Assembly: GCA_034530615.2 (NCBI GenBank)
Contig: JAVRCV020000049.1
Coordinates: forward strand, 192,001 to 256,000
DNA: 64,000 bases
Direction: 5' to 3'
From: Aulosira sp. ZfuVER01
GTDB taxonomy: Bacteria; Cyanobacteriota; Cyanobacteriia; Cyanobacteriales; Nostocaceae
Each line of letters opens with the position of its first letter. Positions within the stretch are counted from its first letter, which is position 1. This document shows positions 28,732 through 40,193 of this stretch, piece by piece. The position numbers and the translations under genes are program-made. The notes beneath the pieces are model-generated. The model did not search any database. It was not told where the DNA came from and saw only the letters and a list, made by a program, of their open reading frames with translations.

Positions 28732-31700
28732 TTACTCTCGATTAATTACTATTGTGATTTCCGTTCCTTTTCCTGGGATACTTTGAATTGTCAAGTTTGC
28801 GCCAATGCGATCGCTTCGTTCTTTGATACCCATTAATCCAAAACCTTTAACAGTAGACAAACTATCTGTATCAAATCCTCGTCCATTATCTTGAACTCGC
28901 AAGATAAATTGCGTCGGTTCATACAACAGTTCAATCTTGATGTCATTTGCAAATGCATATTTAATAGCATTTGTCAATGCTTCTTGCCCGATCCGCAGTA
29001 AGTTATTTTCTATGTCCATCGATAAGGGATAAACCCTGCCGATAACATTGCAATTTATCTGCTTATAAATAGAAGCAGACATTTGGGCAGCAAGGCGATT
29101 AAAGGCTTTATACAAATTACTAGTTTCTAAGATTTGGGGACGTAGGGCATTAACCGAGCGCCGTGCTTCAGCTAGTCCTTCACGCGCCAGATCCCGCGCT
29201 TGAGTGATGTGTGCTTGCACCTCTGCCAATTCCCTAGGGACTATCCTAGAAGCAGCACCCAACTGTACAATTACGCCTGTGAAAGCTTGAGCCAGCGTAT
29301 CATGAATTTCTCGCGCCATGCGGTTACGCTCTTCTAAAATCGCAGTTTGGCGACTCTGTTCGGCTAAATGAGTCAAATGAATCGCTAATGTTGCTTGCTG
29401 TGCCAAGGCCATAATCAATTCTATGTTTTGAGGCAAGCTAGTCCTTGGTTCCCGAAAGCACAAACCAATAAATCCGAGGGGGCGAGAACCGAGAATCAAC
29501 GGTACGCGAACAATAGAACGATGTCCTTGATGACGATGCCACTTAATTGCGAAGTCCATCTGTTCATTCCAGTCATCCAAATTAAAGAAAATTGCCTCGC
29601 CTCTAAACAGCGCTTCTTTCCAAAAAGTGAGAAGATCGTCTGTTATAGGTACTCTAAATTGTTCTAGTTCAGCAGATGTCTTAATGGGAAGCACCCGCCC
29701 GTCTCGTACATATCGTTTCATGATTTTTGTATCAGACGATTCATTGTAGAGAAACAGGGCGGCTGCATAGGATTTGACTTGGGCGGAAGCCTCTAGCAAA
29801 ATATGTTCCCAAAATGTTTCTAAGTCTGGTTCATCTGCCAGCCGATTCACACAACCGCGTAGTGATTCGTTGGCTCTTACTAGTTCAGCAATCTGCTCTT
29901 TTGCGGCTTTTTTTTGTTCTTTGAGGATAGCGGCTTGTTTTGCTTGTTCTGCTAACTGAGTTAGTTGAATTGCCAGTGTTGCCTGATGCGCTAAGGCTTG
30001 TGCTAGTTCAAATTCTTCTGGGTTCAAGATAGCTTTATGCGTGAATGATAACCCCAAGAAACCCAAGGCTATATCACCCAGCATCAGCGGAATACACATA
30101 GCTGTCTGATGTCCTAGTCTGCGATGCCATTCCAAGGCGACAGGCCAGTGTTCTGGATGAGCGTTCTCCCAAATCGCAAATTCCAGGGGTTGTTTTGTTT
30201 GGATCATGATTTCCCAAGCTTTGGTAATATCTGCGGGAATGGGATCTAAAAAAGGTTCGATGTCGTGTAGTCGATCCTTGGGTAGTACTCGATCGTTTTC
30301 CGAACCCAAATGTAATCGCAGCGTATGGGAGGACGGATCGTAGAGGAATAGATGCGATCGCTGGGCACCTAATTGATGTTTAATTTCTAAGATAACGTGA
30401 CCAAGAAAGGTATCAAGTTCGGAATCAGCGGCGAGGCGATCGAGACTATTTTTAAGTGCGGTGCTGGCTCTAGAAAGTTCGGCAACTCGTTCTTCTGCGG
30501 CTCTAGCACGTTCTGCAATCAAGCGCTCAACTAACTGTTTACGGTGCAGTGCAGCTCCAATACCCTCAGCCGCAGTGGTGAGTACATCAATTTCCTGCTG
30601 ACTCCAATGTCGAGGGGTAACGCAATCATCAAAGGCAACAGCACCGATGTAACGCCCTTCAATAAATAATGGCACTCCCCCAGAGGATTTAATGCCAATC
30701 GATTCAAACTGCTCTTTGATCGCATGGGGCAAGTTATCAACTATATGCCAAATAGAACGACCTGCATATAGTTCTCTCAGCATGACTTCGACATCATCAT
30801 TATCAATCGCTGCCATTGTGGGATGATTGATTTGAGGGATAATTCCTTCAGCTACCCACTCATAAGTAACGCAGTGCTGTAATTTTTGTGTGGCTGGGTT
30901 TTGTTGTTCGAGAATGAGTTGAACGCGGCTGATATTTGCTACTTCCCCAATCGCTTGCAGGGCTGTGGGAATTGCTACATCAATATCCTCAGTTTCCAAC
31001 AAGTTTTTAGTAATTTGGGCAACTACAGAAAGTAAGCGATCTCGTTGTTGCAATTCTTCATTGACTTTTGCTAGTTCTGCGGTACGTTTTTGTTCGGCTT
31101 TTTGAATGCGTTGACGCTGAATCGCACTCCCAAGGCAAGCGGCTACAGTTTTAAGTAATGCCAGTTCTGCCGATCCCCGGCGCTTGGCCTCGCGACAGTC
31201 ATCAAAACCCAACACTCCCCAGAACTGACATTCTACAAAAATCGGCACAACGTGCAATGCTTTGACACCGAGTGCAGCTTGCCCACTGCGAAATGGCTCA
31301 GGCATTTCTTCTAGGAGATAGCTCAGGCTGTTTCCTTGGCTGATCCGCTCATACCATTCTGCAATTCCTCCTTCTTCATAGCTGCTTTCTGCTACATCAG
31401 GATGGGTGATTTGGGACACTGTATGCGGTGAATCCCATTCGTACAATATCTTCCAATAGTGTAAAGGTTGGGATGGATGAGCAAAATTCTCGATCACCGC
31501 AACGCGATCGCAATCCAAACTTTCGCCAATCAGCTTTAGGGCAGTATTCACCGCTTCATCAAAGTTTTCTATTGTTAGTAAAGCATTGGCTGCCGTTGCT
31601 GTCGCTTCTAAAATGCGATCGCGGTTCTCTAGCAATCGGTTTTGCGCTTCGAGTTTTGCAACTCGTTCTTGTTCGCCACCCAGCAAAGTCTGCTGTGCTT

Positions 31701-31746
31701 CTTGTACTTCTGTAATGTCGGCATTGGTATCCCAAGCACCCACCAC
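28732..31746 (-). CDS. Cytoplasmic multi-GAF sensor histidine kinase (HisKA_3)
   Basis: About four GAF-like repeats (VPIFV..FWGVLGFDDC etc.); EERNRMAREIHDTLAQ H-box, QEALTNAIKY, DNGRGF, GFGLMG; no TM segment. Confidence 0.9.
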   Translation of the reverse strand: MVGAWDTNADITEVQEAQQTLLGGEQERVAKLEAQNRLLENRDRILEATATAANALLTIENFDEAVNTALKLIGESLDCDRVAVIENFAHPSQPLHYWKILYEWDSPHTVSQITHPDVAESSYEEGGIAEWYERISQGNSLSYLLEEMPEPFRSGQAALGVKALHVVPIFVECQFWGVLGFDDCREAKRRGSAELALLKTVAACLGSAIQRQRIQKAEQKRTAELAKVNEELQQRDRLLSVVAQITKNLLETEDIDVAIPTALQAIGEVANISRVQLILEQQNPATQKLQHCVTYEWVAEGIIPQINHPTMAAIDNDDVEVMLRELYAGRSIWHIVDNLPHAIKEQFESIGIKSSGGVPLFIEGRYIGAVAFDDCVTPRHWSQQEIDVLTTAAEGIGAALHRKQLVERLIAERARAAEERVAELSRASTALKNSLDRLAADSELDTFLGHVILEIKHQLGAQRSHLFLYDPSSHTLRLHLGSENDRVLPKDRLHDIEPFLDPIPADITKAWEIMIQTKQPLEFAIWENAHPEHWPVALEWHRRLGHQTAMCIPLMLGDIALGFLGLSFTHKAILNPEEFELAQALAHQATLAIQLTQLAEQAKQAAILKEQKKAAKEQIAELVRANESLRGCVNRLADEPDLETFWEHILLEASAQVKSYAAALFLYNESSDTKIMKRYVRDGRVLPIKTSAELEQFRVPITDDLLTFWKEALFRGEAIFFNLDDWNEQMDFAIKWHRHQGHRSIVRVPLILGSRPLGFIGLCFREPRTSLPQNIELIMALAQQATLAIHLTHLAEQSRQTAILEERNRMAREIHDTLAQAFTGVIVQLGAASRIVPRELAEVQAHITQARDLAREGLAEARRSVNALRPQILETSNLYKAFNRLAAQMSASIYKQINCNVIGRVYPLSMDIENNLLRIGQEALTNAIKYAFANDIKIELLYEPTQFILRVQDNGRGFDTDSLSTVKGFGLMGIKERSDRIGANLTIQSIPGKGTEITIVINRE

Positions 31747-31900
31747 AAATTCATCCTTAATAGTGCTGACTATCTTACATTTAAGATATAAAGTTTTTGT
31801 TCCTTGCTGTCAATTTATTCAGATTCTGGATTGCGAGTTCAATGTTTATTTTAAATATATGTACACAGCATCATTTTGTTGATTTCTGAGTCTGCATTAT

Positions 31901-31936
31901 GAAAATATGTTTAGTTAAACACTAAACATATTTTTC
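31901..31936. terminator. Hairpin downstream of GT2 gene
   Basis: aaaatatgtttagt-taaac-actaaacatatttt perfect stem. Confidence 0.55.
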
Positions 31937-31979
31937 AGTTTTCCAATGTTTTATCTTTGCATTTAGGCGAGAGAAATTT

Positions 31980-32927
31980 CTAACCTCGCACTTTCCGCAA
32001 TGCTTTAAAACCCTTGCTACGCAATCTACCCGGTAACAAAGACAACCCTAAACCAGTCCATGCTTTAGTATTAGAAAAAGATTTACCTGCCAAAACTAGT
32101 TCTCTACCAGTTTGCGTTTCGCCTTTTTCAATTAAACGTAAACCTAATATCAACTGAGCTTCAGTCAGTCTTTTTTGTCTAATTGCCTCTAATTTGTCTG
32201 ACTCAAACTTATAACTTTCTAAATACTGAATCTTATCAAATAAATAAGGAATAGCTCGATTAATGCCTTGCTGTTCTGCATGGCAGCGATATTCCATCAA
32301 TAGTTCTGGTAGATAATAACCTTTTTTACCAGCCAAAGCTAGTCTTACAAATAAATCATTGTCTTCACAATTTTGCATATTGGGAAGCATAAAGCCCAAT
32401 TCTTGCAATGTTTGAAGCCGAAATAATGTTGCGCCAATTTGAAAGCTTTGGTAAATAAATACAACCTCTAGTAAATTATCAACAACACCAGCAGATAATT
32501 GTTCTCTACCCCAACGACGAGAATTTGTCTGAGTTACTTCATCATTACGGACATTATTAATATCGATGATCCAATGGTCAGTGCCTACAAAATCAATGCT
32601 CGATTCTTGCTCTAGAATGGCAACAGTACGTGCTAAGAAATCAGGCGTAAGCCGATCGTCGTCATCAAACTTGATAAAATATTCGCCACTCGCTGCATTA
32701 AACCCAGAGCGCATATTATTACTTTTACCAATATTTTGCTGATGACGGATGTAATGAATACGCGCATCTGTGTACTTTGACATCAATTCAGGTGTACCAT
32801 CACTAGAACCGTCATCACAGATAATTAATTCAAAATCCTGGTAACTCTGCTTAATTACACTCTCAATAGCTTGAGGTAGGAGATTCACCCGATTAAAAGT
32901 AGGAATACAAACAGTAACTTTAGCCAC
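31980..32927 (-). CDS. Glycosyltransferase family 2
   Basis: VCIPTFNR, DDGSSDGT, FDDDD, EDNDL. Confidence 0.92.
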   Translation of the reverse strand: MAKVTVCIPTFNRVNLLPQAIESVIKQSYQDFELIICDDGSSDGTPELMSKYTDARIHYIRHQQNIGKSNNMRSGFNAASGEYFIKFDDDDRLTPDFLARTVAILEQESSIDFVGTDHWIIDINNVRNDEVTQTNSRRWGREQLSAGVVDNLLEVVFIYQSFQIGATLFRLQTLQELGFMLPNMQNCEDNDLFVRLALAGKKGYYLPELLMEYRCHAEQQGINRAIPYLFDKIQYLESYKFESDKLEAIRQKRLTEAQLILGLRLIEKGETQTGRELVLAGKSFSNTKAWTGLGLSLLPGRLRSKGFKALRKVRG

Positions 32928-33367
32928 AGTGATAATAAAAAATGTTGTTTAATTAGCAGTGATTACACAAATCGAAAATTTTAGTCTATTTAATATAATT
33001 GCCATCTTAACACGGGAATTTAAGACTTCAATTGATGAATATCTATCAACCGGAAAAACAAGTGAAATTTATCAAACAATTTATCATCCATAGTTACTAA
33101 CATAATTTGCTCAGTATATATAATCAACCAAGGTGACTTGATTTAATATTGCCATAAAAATTTCCGTATATACAACAGGTTAAATAGTAAAATACATGAA
33201 ATTCATCATATTGCTACTAACTCAGTAAGTAGCTTTTTATTTTCTTTAATTTACTAAAGTTTCATAAAAAATATCTCAGGGATATTCATGATGACAATCA
33301 GCAGTCATTGAAGTCATTGTATAGATATATGATTGTGTTTCTTAGTGTTATTACAGACATCAGTTAT

Positions 33368-34582
33368 ATGAATATCCTCATGCTATCTTCCACTTTTCCC
33401 TATCCACCAACACGGGGTGGAACCCAAGTCAGGACATTTAATTTGCTCAAGTACCTGAGTCAACGCCATAGTATTACTCTTATAACTCAGCGTGATGCTA
33501 CTGTCACAGATGCGGAAATAGCAGGATTAGAAGATTGTGTAGATCGTCTAGTTGTTTTTGAACGTCCCCCAGAAGCTGGAACATCAGCAGGAATGTTCAA
33601 GAAACTCCAACGCTTTAGCTCATTTTTGCAACAGGGAACACCGCCGAGTGTACTCAATCGTTACTCAATTGAAATGCAAGAGTGGATTGATAAGTCTGTA
33701 GAGGCGGGAAAATATGATGTAATTACCTGCGAGCATAGCGTCAATGAGATTTATGTGCGGCCTCATTTTCAAAAACAGCTAAAAACCGTAGTCAATATTC
33801 ATAGTTCTGTCTATGGCAGCTGTCATAATCAACTTGCAACTGGTATTTCCGACAATAGATTGAGGGATCAAATTAATCTGCCACTTTTACGTCGTTATGA
33901 GCAAAGCTACTGCTCTAAGTTTTCTGCCCTGGTGGTGACTACAGAAGAAGATAAAATTCAATTACAAGAATTCAACCCTAATAGTGGAATTACGGTTATT
34001 CCTAATGGTGTTGATTTAGTTTCCTTTCCTTATAGAACAGCCGATCCGGGAGGACATCGCTTAATATTTATCGGCGCAATGGATAATTTAGCAAATATTG
34101 ATGCGGTATGCTTCTTTAGTCAAGAAGTATTGCCAGAAATCCAGAAACATTACCCCGATACAACTTTTGAGATTGTTGGCGCTCATGCTGCACCAGAAGT
34201 TTTAGCACTGAAAAAACAATCAGGAATTACAGTAACTGGGCGTGTGCCCTCAATGGTAGAGTATCTACATAAATCAACCGTCTGCATCGTACCAATGCGG
34301 ACGGGTTTTGGAATTAAAAATAAAACTTTAGAAGCAATGGCAGCTGGTGTACCAATAGTAGCAAGCGATCGCGGTTTAGAAGGACTAGCGGTAGATGGTG
34401 CTGGTACACCCCTAAGAGCGCTCAGAGCAAATGTACCAGCAGAGTATGTTACGGCTATTAGTCAACTATTCGACTCTCCACAGCTACGACATGAGTTGTC
34501 TTATTCTGGTAGAGAACTGGTAGAAACAGAATTTACCTGGGATATTGCCGGTCAACACTATGAGCAAGTATGTTGTAGGTAG
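33368..34582 (+). CDS. Glycosyltransferase family 4
   Basis: FPYPPTRGG, IPNGVD, GIKNKTLEAMAAGVPIV. ATG at 33368. Confidence 0.92.
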   Translation: MNILMLSSTFPYPPTRGGTQVRTFNLLKYLSQRHSITLITQRDATVTDAEIAGLEDCVDRLVVFERPPEAGTSAGMFKKLQRFSSFLQQGTPPSVLNRYSIEMQEWIDKSVEAGKYDVITCEHSVNEIYVRPHFQKQLKTVVNIHSSVYGSCHNQLATGISDNRLRDQINLPLLRRYEQSYCSKFSALVVTTEEDKIQLQEFNPNSGITVIPNGVDLVSFPYRTADPGGHRLIFIGAMDNLANIDAVCFFSQEVLPEIQKHYPDTTFEIVGAHAAPEVLALKKQSGITVTGRVPSMVEYLHKSTVCIVPMRTGFGIKNKTLEAMAAGVPIVASDRGLEGLAVDGAGTPLRALRANVPAEYVTAISQLFDSPQLRHELSYSGRELVETEFTWDIAGQHYEQVCCR

Positions 34583-34660
34583 CGATCGCAAGGCCAATAT
34601 GAAGTGTAAAGCCTGAACTTTCAACCTTAATCATTTTTGAGCTGCTCATCTCAAATCTGA

Positions 34661-35005
34661 TTACTGTTGCATCGAAGGTACAGCAAAAATTCTACTGGAT
34701 ATGGGAACACGTGGATTAGAAATTGGAGCTGTTGTAGTTAGAGCAGCAGTGGTAGGGGGATTAGTAGAATTTTCAGATAATATATCTGCTTTGTTATTGG
34801 TAGAATTGCTCAAATCAATTGGCTGGGATGGCGCAGTTTGTATAGCTTTATCTAAACCCGTAGCTAGCTCTGAAGATATGGAGCTAGCATTCTGAGTATT
34901 GCTATTATTTGCTTCTCCCTGACTTTGTGCGTGACATGGAGTTAGAATGCAAGCAGAAGCTGAGGCTAAAACTAGGGCTATTAGGTTCTGAAGAGATTGG
35001 CGCAT
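34661..35005 (-). CDS. Small secreted Ser/Thr-rich hypothetical protein
   Basis: Signal peptide ending PCHA; C-terminal PRVPISSRIF..PSMQQ. Confidence 0.6.
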   Translation of the reverse strand: MRQSLQNLIALVLASASACILTPCHAQSQGEANNSNTQNASSISSELATGLDKAIQTAPSQPIDLSNSTNNKADILSENSTNPPTTAALTTTAPISNPRVPISSRIFAVPSMQQ

Positions 35006-35505
35006 TTGTTTAAAGGAAGAGATAAAAAAGTAAGAATTGAAAAGGTAGATTCACGCTTGCTGGAAGAGGCAACTTAATCTGCACAGCAATTTTGACTGGA
35101 TAAAAATGCACAAGAAAATTTCAGGATGATTTCTATCCCAAATTTTTATGTGTTGTCATTAATGCTTTATGTAAAAAAATTGCTGCGATCGCCTGAAAAT
35201 CAAACAGGCTTTTAATGCAATACACTTCATTAACAACTAGGCTATGCAGCAGTAACTACTGAGTTGTTAGCTGAAGAGTAAGTTAGCAAATTAATACACC
35301 CCTGGCTCTTCGTGTTAGTTAGGTTGGTGAAACTATCAATAATATACTTGTATAGTCATTCTTCATAAAAGAGGAATTTTACTGATTTTTTGATTTCTCA
35401 GTATTTAGCTAGAATTAGCAACAAATTTGTATATTTAATGAAGTAAAGAATCACATATATAATATTTTCAAGAAGAGAAGTTCTGACAAGCGTTGGACAA
35501 ATGTA

Positions 35506-35622
35506 ATATCATGTCCGCTTAAAGACTTATCATTAAGCAGGAAACAGAGAGCAAGGAGGGAAAGAGTTTTTATTTTTTTGCACAGATGCACCGAATCATA
35601 ACTAGTCAGCAGGACGTGATAT
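35506..35622. mobile_element. Degenerate MITE
   Basis: Terminal inverted repeats atatcatgtcc ... ggacgtgatat (one mismatch); no coding capacity. Confidence 0.55.
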
Positions 35623-35981
35623 CAACTTGGATTTCTTACAGATGCAAAATCTGGGGTTTACCTCTACAAATGAATCAAAAGAGTTTAGCAACCGCAACAA
35701 ACATTGCAACCATACCAACTTAAATATTGTGTCTTCTTTGGGGCAAAAGTTGCGATCGCCAATAACATTGCCGTCATTGCTTCAGTGCGCTGTGAGAAAT
35801 GGGAAATTCTCAATTATGAGGTAATGCGATCGCATCTCTCCTGTAGAGTTGTTGAGACGGGTGCATCCTAGTTTTTATTTTGCTATAAAAAAATAACTGT
35901 CATTGCCAGGAGGAACGACGTATTCCTACTGAGAAGCAAGCTACGCGAATCGTTCGCGTTAGCGTCTCCCCAGGAGAATAG

Positions 35982-36154
35982 CAGGGCCGTTTCATTCGTA
36001 ATGGTATGTATTTTGTCAATATGATTGGCAATAAATATCAGGGCAAAAGTCATAAATTGTTGACCATCTTGATGCCTAAGATTAAATACCAAGCTCGTTT
36101 TTTATCTCCTGAACCTTTGCATTTTCAAGCCTTTTAGGGGATGAAACAGCCCTG
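35982..36154. mobile_element. 173-bp MITE with 14-bp TIRs and 12-bp target-site duplication
   Basis: cagggccgtttcat ... atgaaacagccctg; flanked by ccaggagaatag at 35970-35981 and 36155-36166. Confidence 0.85.
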
Positions 36155-36233
36155 CCAGGAGAATAGGGTTCCCGTTCGGCGTAGCCGTTGCCGCAGGCTA
36201 GGGTAGAGTAGCAATTGCATGAACTCGCTCTGA

Positions 36234-36340
36234 TACTATTCCACTTTAAGAGTGATACAAATACGTGATGGGGGGTTTAGCAATGCTAAACCCCCTACGA
36301 AAAATATATCTGGATCGTGATTTTCGTGAAAACGATATAC
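36234..36340. mobile_element. Degenerate MITE-like element containing a REP hairpin
   Basis: tactattccac...gtgaaaacgatata ends enclosing gggggtttagc-aat-gctaaacccc-ctac. Confidence 0.5.
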
Positions 36341-36369
36341 TGCCACTTGAATCAGTGGATATAAAAATA

Positions 36370-36398
36370 GCGATGTCTACGACGAGCTACGCCTACGC
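36370..36398. mobile_element. 21-nt small dispersed repeat inserted in a HIP1 site
   Basis: GCGAT[gtctacgacgagctacgccta]CGC. Confidence 0.75.
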
Positions 36399-36548
36399 TA
36401 ATTTATACCGAAAAATGCAGTTTGAACGCGAAGAAACCCCAAATTGAAAGATTATCGATATCGGATGCGATCGCTGATGCTGATTAGTGTAGGTTGGGTC
36501 AAAGCATGATACCCAACCATTTTCCAGATTTAATTCATCATGAGCATT

Positions 36549-36731
36549 CTAAACAGCTGTATCTTCTCTTTCTATCTGTTGCCGAATGGTATCAATTGCT
36601 GCATTAATACCAGCCAGCTTGGACTCCAAATCATCTCGCATCCAAGTGAGGAATTTTAGTTTATGCTGTAAACGAGATTTGCGCGAAATAGTTTCGCCAC
36701 CATAACAGTAATTGCCCCAGAAAGGAAACAT
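36549..36731 (-). CDS. Small coiled-coil hypothetical protein
   Basis: MFPFW...LKFLTWMRDDLESKLAGINAAIDTIRQQIER; ATG at 36731. Confidence 0.65.
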   Translation of the reverse strand: MFPFWGNYCYGGETISRKSRLQHKLKFLTWMRDDLESKLAGINAAIDTIRQQIEREDTAV

Positions 36732-37065
36732 AGTTAACCTCTGAATTAAGCCGAGTAACAGTGCAGGATTTTGCACCACCACATTACATTTTGGCTAAAA
36801 ACAATCAGACCGATGGTGTAGCTACCGATCCATTTCTTGGGTGTTTGGCGCACTCTAGCCTTTCTTTGGGGCGATTAATAAATGATTCAGGTGTTTCACA
36901 TTTAACTTGTATTAATTAAGTGAATGCTGAGAATTCACGTTAGGGGTAGACCAAATTCTATTGTTAGAATGCTATCAACAAGCGAAATGCTATCGCTTGG
37001 ATGATGAGATTAAGTACAAAAACAGCATACACTCTTTGATGGTAAATCTGACAAAAGGAGTTGCT

Positions 37066-37815
37066 GTGACTAGTTTTCTATTTGTAACTGATTTAGATAA
37101 TACTCTGGTAGGCAATGACAATGCACTTGTAGAATTAAACGATCGCCTACAGCAACATCGCCAAGAATACGGTACAAAAATTGTCTATGCTACTGGGCGA
37201 TCGCCTCTACTGTACCGCGAACTGCAAATAGAAAAAAATCTCTTGCAACCAGATGCGCTCGTCCTTTCTGTAGGTACGGAAATCTATCTGGATGGTAGCG
37301 ATACACCAGATTCAAGTTGGTCAGAAATACTCTCTCCCGGATGGGATCGCGAACTTATACTATCAATAACTGAAAAATACCCTGAGTTAGTTTTGCAACC
37401 AGAGTCAGAACAGCGCCCCTTCAAAGTAAGTTTTTTTCTCGAACAAGCTGTAGCACCTGGCATTTTATCGCAACTTGAGTTAGAGTTACAAAAATCTAAT
37501 TTAAAGAAAAAGTTAATCTACAGCAGCGGAATTGACCTTGACATTGTCCCCCTTACCAGCGATAAAGGTCAGGCAATGCAATTTTTGCGTCAAAAGTGGA
37601 AATTTGCAGCCGAACAAACAGTTGTCTGTGGTGATTCAGGTAATGATATTGCTTTATTTGCTGTAGGCAACGCACGGGGGATCGTAGTCGGGAATGCACG
37701 CCCTGAGTTAATCCAGTGGCATAATGACTATCCCGCTGACCACCGTTACCTAGCACAAGATTTTTGTGCAGGTGGCATTCTGGAAGGACTGAAATATTTT
37801 GGATTCTTAGAATGA
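37066..37815 (+). CDS. spp: Sucrose-phosphate phosphatase (HAD superfamily)
   Basis: [43 protein letters not shown] precedes GTG at 37066. Confidence 0.93.
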   Translation: MTSFLFVTDLDNTLVGNDNALVELNDRLQQHRQEYGTKIVYATGRSPLLYRELQIEKNLLQPDALVLSVGTEIYLDGSDTPDSSWSEILSPGWDRELILSITEKYPELVLQPESEQRPFKVSFFLEQAVAPGILSQLELELQKSNLKKKLIYSSGIDLDIVPLTSDKGQAMQFLRQKWKFAAEQTVVCGDSGNDIALFAVGNARGIVVGNARPELIQWHNDYPADHRYLAQDFCAGGILEGLKYFGFLE

Positions 37816-38453
37816 TTAGTTATCTAAAAGGTATCGTTGCTGGTGTTCAAACAATTAGCAGTAATCGCGTGATTTTGACTCTTGAGGTCAATAACATGGG
37901 GTATGATTTGCAAATTCCGCAACGGCTAGCAAAGCATTTGCCAGAGTCGGGAGGAGTGGTGCAAATCTTTACCCACTACCAAATCCGCGAAGAAGTGCCC
38001 TTATTGTATGGCTTTGCTTCTCCCGCCGAACGGGACTTATTTCGTCACCTGCTAACTGTTAGCGGGATTGGTGCGGCTTTAGCGATTACTCTGTTAGACA
38101 CGTTGGAACTACCAGATTTAGTCCAAGCAATTATTGCTGCTAACATCCAAATTCTGATTCAAGCTCCAGGTGTTGGTAAGAAAACCGCAGAACGCATCTG
38201 TTTGGAACTGAAAAGCAAATTGATCGAGTGGCGCAAATCAGCAGGATTCTTCGTCGCCACAGGCGGGCCCGCACCAGGGATTCTCGAAGAAGTGCAAATG
38301 ACTCTGTTTGCCTTGGGCTACACTGCTCACGAAGTCAGCCACGCCTTACACGTAGTCAGTGAAGATATTGGACTCCCAAAAGACGCCTATGTAGAAGATT
38401 GGATTAAACAAGCGATCGCTCATCTTAGCAGTAGCGAACAAATTGGTCAGTAG
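37812..38453 (+). CDS. ruvA: Holliday junction branch migration protein RuvA
   Basis: [40 protein letters not shown] overlap with spp. Confidence 0.96.
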   Translation: MISYLKGIVAGVQTISSNRVILTLEVNNMGYDLQIPQRLAKHLPESGGVVQIFTHYQIREEVPLLYGFASPAERDLFRHLLTVSGIGAALAITLLDTLELPDLVQAIIAANIQILIQAPGVGKKTAERICLELKSKLIEWRKSAGFFVATGGPAPGILEEVQMTLFALGYTAHEVSHALHVVSEDIGLPKDAYVEDWIKQAIAHLSSSEQIGQ

Positions 38454-38512
38454 TCAATGGTCATTTGTCATTTGTCATTGGTAATTTGTCTCCCTTGTCC
38501 TCCTAACTTAAA

Positions 38513-39679
38513 ATGCCTATAGATCCTTATGCTTGGCTAGAGCAGTCTTTGGCAACTATTCATCGGGCGGATTGGTATCGCTCAGTACAACCAATCCACG
38601 GTCGCTCCGGTGCTACTGTGTTGATGGAAGGGCGGGAGGTAATTAATTTTGCCAGCAATGACTATTTAGGCTTGGCAGGGGATCGAAGACTAATTACAGC
38701 CGGGGTTGCAGCTACTCAAGAATTTGGCACAGGAAGCACAGGTTCTCGATTACTTAGTGGACATCGGGAATTACATAAAAACTTAGAAAGAGCGATCGCA
38801 TCTTTAAAGCAAACAGAAGATGCATTAGTATTTAGTTCAGGATATTTGGCGAATTTAGGTGCGATCGCAGCTTTGGTAGGTAAGCGCGATTTAATCCTCT
38901 CTGACCAGTACAATCATTCCAGCCTGAAGAATGGAGCAATACTCAGTGGTGCAGCAGTAATTGAATATCCGCACTGTGATGTTACGGCTTTAAAAAATCA
39001 CTTAATAGAACAAAGACAAAATTACCGACGCTGTTTAATCCTCACCGATAGCGTCTTTAGTATGGATGGTGATTTATGTCCTTTACCCACACTGTTAGAT
39101 GTAGCGGAAGAATTTAGCTGTATGCTGCTAGTTGATGAAGCTCACGCCACTGGAGTACTGGGTAAAACTGGCGCAGGGTGCGTCGAACATTTTGGCTGTA
39201 CGGGAAAGCAATTAATTCAAATTGGCACATTGAGTAAAGCTTTAGGTAGTTTAGGCGGATACGTTGCTGGCAGTGCTACCTTAATTGACTTTTTACGCAA
39301 TCGCGCACCGACTTGGATTTACACCACAGGACTTTCACCCGCAGACACAGCCGCAGCCTTAGCCGCGATTGAGATAGTACAACAAGAACCGCAGCGCCGT
39401 CAGCAATTATGGGCGAATGTAGATTATTTAAAAAAGTTAATGCAAGAGCAGGTAATTGAATTAAAATTACTGCCTTCAGAATCACCTATATTATGTTTTC
39501 AATTGCCAAGTGCCGCAGCAGCATTAGAAGCAGGTAAGTATTTAAAAGAATCGGGGATTTTTGCCCCAGCGATTCGTCCGCCAACCGTCCCCACAAGCCG
39601 CATTCGCATATCTGCAATGGCGACGCATCAAGCAACGCATATTGATAAACTCGTAGCAGCATTGCGCGACATTAATTAG
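38513..39679 (+). CDS. bioF: 8-amino-7-oxononanoate synthase
   Basis: [42 protein letters not shown]. Confidence 0.95.
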   Translation: MPIDPYAWLEQSLATIHRADWYRSVQPIHGRSGATVLMEGREVINFASNDYLGLAGDRRLITAGVAATQEFGTGSTGSRLLSGHRELHKNLERAIASLKQTEDALVFSSGYLANLGAIAALVGKRDLILSDQYNHSSLKNGAILSGAAVIEYPHCDVTALKNHLIEQRQNYRRCLILTDSVFSMDGDLCPLPTLLDVAEEFSCMLLVDEAHATGVLGKTGAGCVEHFGCTGKQLIQIGTLSKALGSLGGYVAGSATLIDFLRNRAPTWIYTTGLSPADTAAALAAIEIVQQEPQRRQQLWANVDYLKKLMQEQVIELKLLPSESPILCFQLPSAAAALEAGKYLKESGIFAPAIRPPTVPTSRIRISAMATHQATHIDKLVAALRDIN

Positions 39680-39814
39680 ATACCCGACTTCTTAGATAAA
39701 TCAGAGATCTGGGTGTTCTGGGCATCGAAAGTAACGCACCTTTAACTTCAAATTTCGTGTGACAATCAACAACATAAGACCAGATAGATCTTGTTTGCCA
39801 CAAATTAGATGAGG

Positions 39815-40033
39815 TTCTCAATGAATGAGTACTCGTTGATAAACAACCTCAACCCGTTCGTTGTGAATGCGATCGCGTTCTCTATAGATGAGGTCTCGTT
39901 AATAAACAACCCGATCTGGTTGGTCACAAATGCGATCGCGTTCTCTATGGATGAGTACTCATTGATAAACAACCTCAACTTGTTCGTTATGAATAGGTTG
40001 AGTTTCTCTATGGATGAGTACTTGTTGATCAAC
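39815..40033. repeat. 63-bp tandem repeat, about 3.5 copies
   Basis: Units start at 39815, 39878, 39941 and 40004 (ttctcWatRRatgag..Yt..ttRatMaac...). Confidence 0.85.
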
Positions 40034-40140
40034 TATCCTGGCGTGGAGGATCTTTTTGGCGGGTGCTTTACCGTTTCGACTAATATTTGGCGATCGCGTT
40101 CTGCTTGTGTGAGATTGACGATGTACTTGCTGGGGTTCAT
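40030..40140 (-). pseudogene. Frameshifted N-terminal remnant of an IS630-family transposase
   Basis: MNPSKYIVNLTQAERDR then, after a frameshift, ISRNGKAPAKKILHARI; resembles the KYIVxL..EER...GK......HA.ILL start of IS630 HTH regions. Confidence 0.6.
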
Positions 40141-40193
40141 TCGGCTCTCGTCCTTAACCTCTCTACCCAATATTTTAAGCTTGCCGCACTAAA

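Noticed and set aside
35627..36447. Short ORFs 35627-35824, 35883-36092 and 36265-36447
   Set aside because: Two overlap MITE/REP elements and none has recognisable protein features.
39815..40033. Possible CRISPR array (63-bp period) and ORFs 39805-40032 / 39809-40192
   Set aside because: Similarity extends across the whole unit, the repeats are degenerate and no cas genes are nearby. The ORFs are by-products of a repeat whose length is a multiple of three.
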